Positions 63,406-64,000 of a stretch of 64,000 nucleotides of DNA are shown one piece after another; positions within the stretch are counted from its first letter, which is position 1; each line of letters opens with the position of its first letter. Location of the stretch: NCBI GenBank assembly GCA_052168235.1, contig JBQLZK010000009.1:66827-130826 (forward strand), written 5' to 3'. A model generated the notes under the pieces. The model was not told the origin of the DNA and did no database searches. It saw nothing but the letters and a program-made list of their open reading frames with translations. Source of the stretch: Thainema sp. GTDB taxonomy: Bacteria; Cyanobacteriota; Cyanobacteriia; Phormidesmidales; Phormidesmidaceae. The position numbers were made by a program, and so were the translations under genes.

Positions 63406-64000
63406 ATGTCCTACTATCTTGATCCAATTGATGCCGCTAACCAGCCTCGTAAGAGTCTGATTCGTTATTTACTGACAGCCTACCCTTTGCGAGATCCACA
63501 TCTGCGGTATGGATTTAAGCAATTGCTAGAGGAGCCAGGGGCGATCGCTCAAGATCCCTATCTGGAAGGAGCGCAACCCTATAAAACGGGAAAAACCATT
63601 GGCGAGTTGGTAGAGGAGGGGATATTACATCCGGAAATGTTGCGCCTGTTCAATCCTGAACGCTTGCCTGAACGCTTGTTATACAAACATCAGGAAGATG
63701 CCATTCGATCGGTAGTTCAGCAAAAGGAAAATATTGTTGTTGCTACGGGGACGGGTTCTGGAAAGACGGAATGCTTTTTGATCCCCATGATAGATCACCT
63801 ATTAAAGCATCTAGAGGTAGGCGTTCAGGCGCTGATTCTATATCCGATGAATGCTCTGGTGAATGATCAGGTGAAGCGGCTACGTCAGTTACTCTGTCGG
63901 CAGGAAAACGATCAGGAACTGATTCGGTTTGGATTTTATACCAGCCGCACGGAAACTGATCCAAAAGATGCCAGGGAAGCATTGAAGGCAGAGCTAGCCG
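63406..64000 (+). CDS. DEAD/DEAH-box helicase, N-terminal part (runs off the window), DruE/YprA-like
   Basis: Manual translation: LYKHQEDAI, VVATGTGSGKTECFLIP and ALILYPMNALVNDQVKRL. Confidence 0.9.
   Translation, partial: MSYYLDPIDAANQPRKSLIRYLLTAYPLRDPHLRYGFKQLLEEPGAIAQDPYLEGAQPYKTGKTIGELVEEGILHPEMLRLFNPERLPERLLYKHQEDAIRSVVQQKENIVVATGTGSGKTECFLIPMIDHLLKHLEVGVQALILYPMNALVNDQVKRLRQLLCRQENDQELIRFGFYTSRTETDPKDAREALKAELA

Overview
Segment of a large cyanobacterial plasmid-like replicon (frequent HIP1 GCGATCGC; parA/parB with a parS-like palindrome; iteron field). 1-18.6 kb: type III-B variant CRISPR-Cas locus with two arrays of related repeats (>=36 and 28 repeats, both inferred to be transcribed from the - strand), cas2, a Cas4-Cas1 fusion, cas10/cmr2-cmr3-cmr4-cmr5-(cmr6-cmr1 fusion), no cas6 in the window, two paralogous membrane-anchored REC-like proteins and a NucS-like nuclease. 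18.9-27.2 kb: an XRE switch with three operators and a seven-gene membrane/FtsK-ATPase operon. 27.3-33.7 kb: two convergent AEP-primase-like genes, an iteron field containing a 59-bp palindrome and a large HTH protein. 33.8-50 kb: par locus and accessory cargo (orphan antitoxins, LysR-trpBA, GST, DHFR-like, thermonuclease, dinB, many gene fragments). Four copies of a fixed-geometry site ATTCGTGT-N26-ACACGAAT mark module junctions, one at 20.6 kb and three at 38.5-47.4 kb. 50.4-59 kb: giant repeat-rich surface protein. 59.8-64 kb: start of a probable Druantia-like helicase defence operon. All calls come from reading motifs by eye; no database searches were run.
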